Positions 63,797 through 64,000 of a stretch of DNA of 64,000 bases are shown here, piece by piece. A program made the translations under genes and the position numbers. Within the stretch, counting starts at the first letter, position 1. Each line of letters opens with the position of its first letter. Below the pieces are notes generated by a model. It had not been told where the DNA came from, searched no databases, and saw only the letters and a program-made list of their open reading frames with translations. The DNA is from Candidatus Binatia bacterium (GTDB lineage Bacteria > Desulfobacterota > Binatia > UBA9968 > CAXXLF01). The stretch covers positions 1,920,001 through 1,984,000 of the forward strand of contig CAXXLF010000002.1 of NCBI GenBank assembly GCA_963664015.2, read 5' to 3'.

Positions 63797-64000
63797 TTAG
63801 CTCTTCAAATATCCCAGGCCCAGGAGTCGATCCATGACGAGTGAGACCTCCTGGTCGGGACTCTGCTTGGTAGAGTCGACTGTTACGTCGGCGTTCGTGG
63901 GCGGTTCCCACGGTTCTGTGACCCCTGGGACAGGGTGGCCTTCTGTAATAGCCTTTACGTAGATCCCCCTGTCGTCCCTTCCTTTACAGACCTCGATAGG
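63797..64000 (-). CDS. 3' end of an adenylyl-sulfate kinase-like protein, runs off the window edge
   Basis: Manual translation PIEVCKGRDDRGIYVKA...VPGVTEPWEPPTNADVTVDST...LGYLKS* resembles the CysC PLEVCxxRDxKGLYxKA...TG...YEPP tail. Confidence 0.65.
   Translation of the reverse strand, partial: PIEVCKGRDDRGIYVKAITEGHPVPGVTEPWEPPTNADVTVDSTKQSPDQEVSLVMDRLLGLGYLKS

Overview
A 64-kb bacterial chromosomal window, GC-rich by eye. The gene repertoire suggests a deltaproteobacterial lineage, most like Binatia / Desulfobacterota_B; this is inferred from the WDQTLAAARKEGKV-type solute-binding protein, the LLM paralogues and the MLSxEENELLT-type Rieske gene. Mostly housekeeping: tesA-ybbAP-like ABC locus, proC, dksA, lolA-ftsK-rnj-plsC, ssb, mazG, gyrB-gyrA-gpsA-rpmH-rnpA-yidD-yidC-jag, larC, bioFAD, hisC, recD2, gloA, ppiD. 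It also carries a contiguous coenzyme F420 operon (cofG-cofH-cofD-cofC-cofE-npdG) divergent from an LLM oxidoreductase. Main observations: (i) a ~146-bp multi-hairpin element resembling a non-autonomous IS200/IS605 derivative between cofD and cofC, with a collapsed 44-bp relative forming the 3' end of tesA; (ii) about nine decayed accessory genes, including a Rieske/kbl chimera; (iii) single +1 homopolymer frameshifts in gyrB and gyrA, probably sequencing errors; (iv) a 2.5-kb island of small ORFs upstream of gyrB, including a predicted secreted 22-aa peptide; (v) many apparently leaderless genes; (vi) origin-region genes without dnaA/dnaN/recF/mnmE. No tRNA, rRNA, CRISPR array or transposase gene was seen. 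All family assignments are from motif recognition, not database searches.
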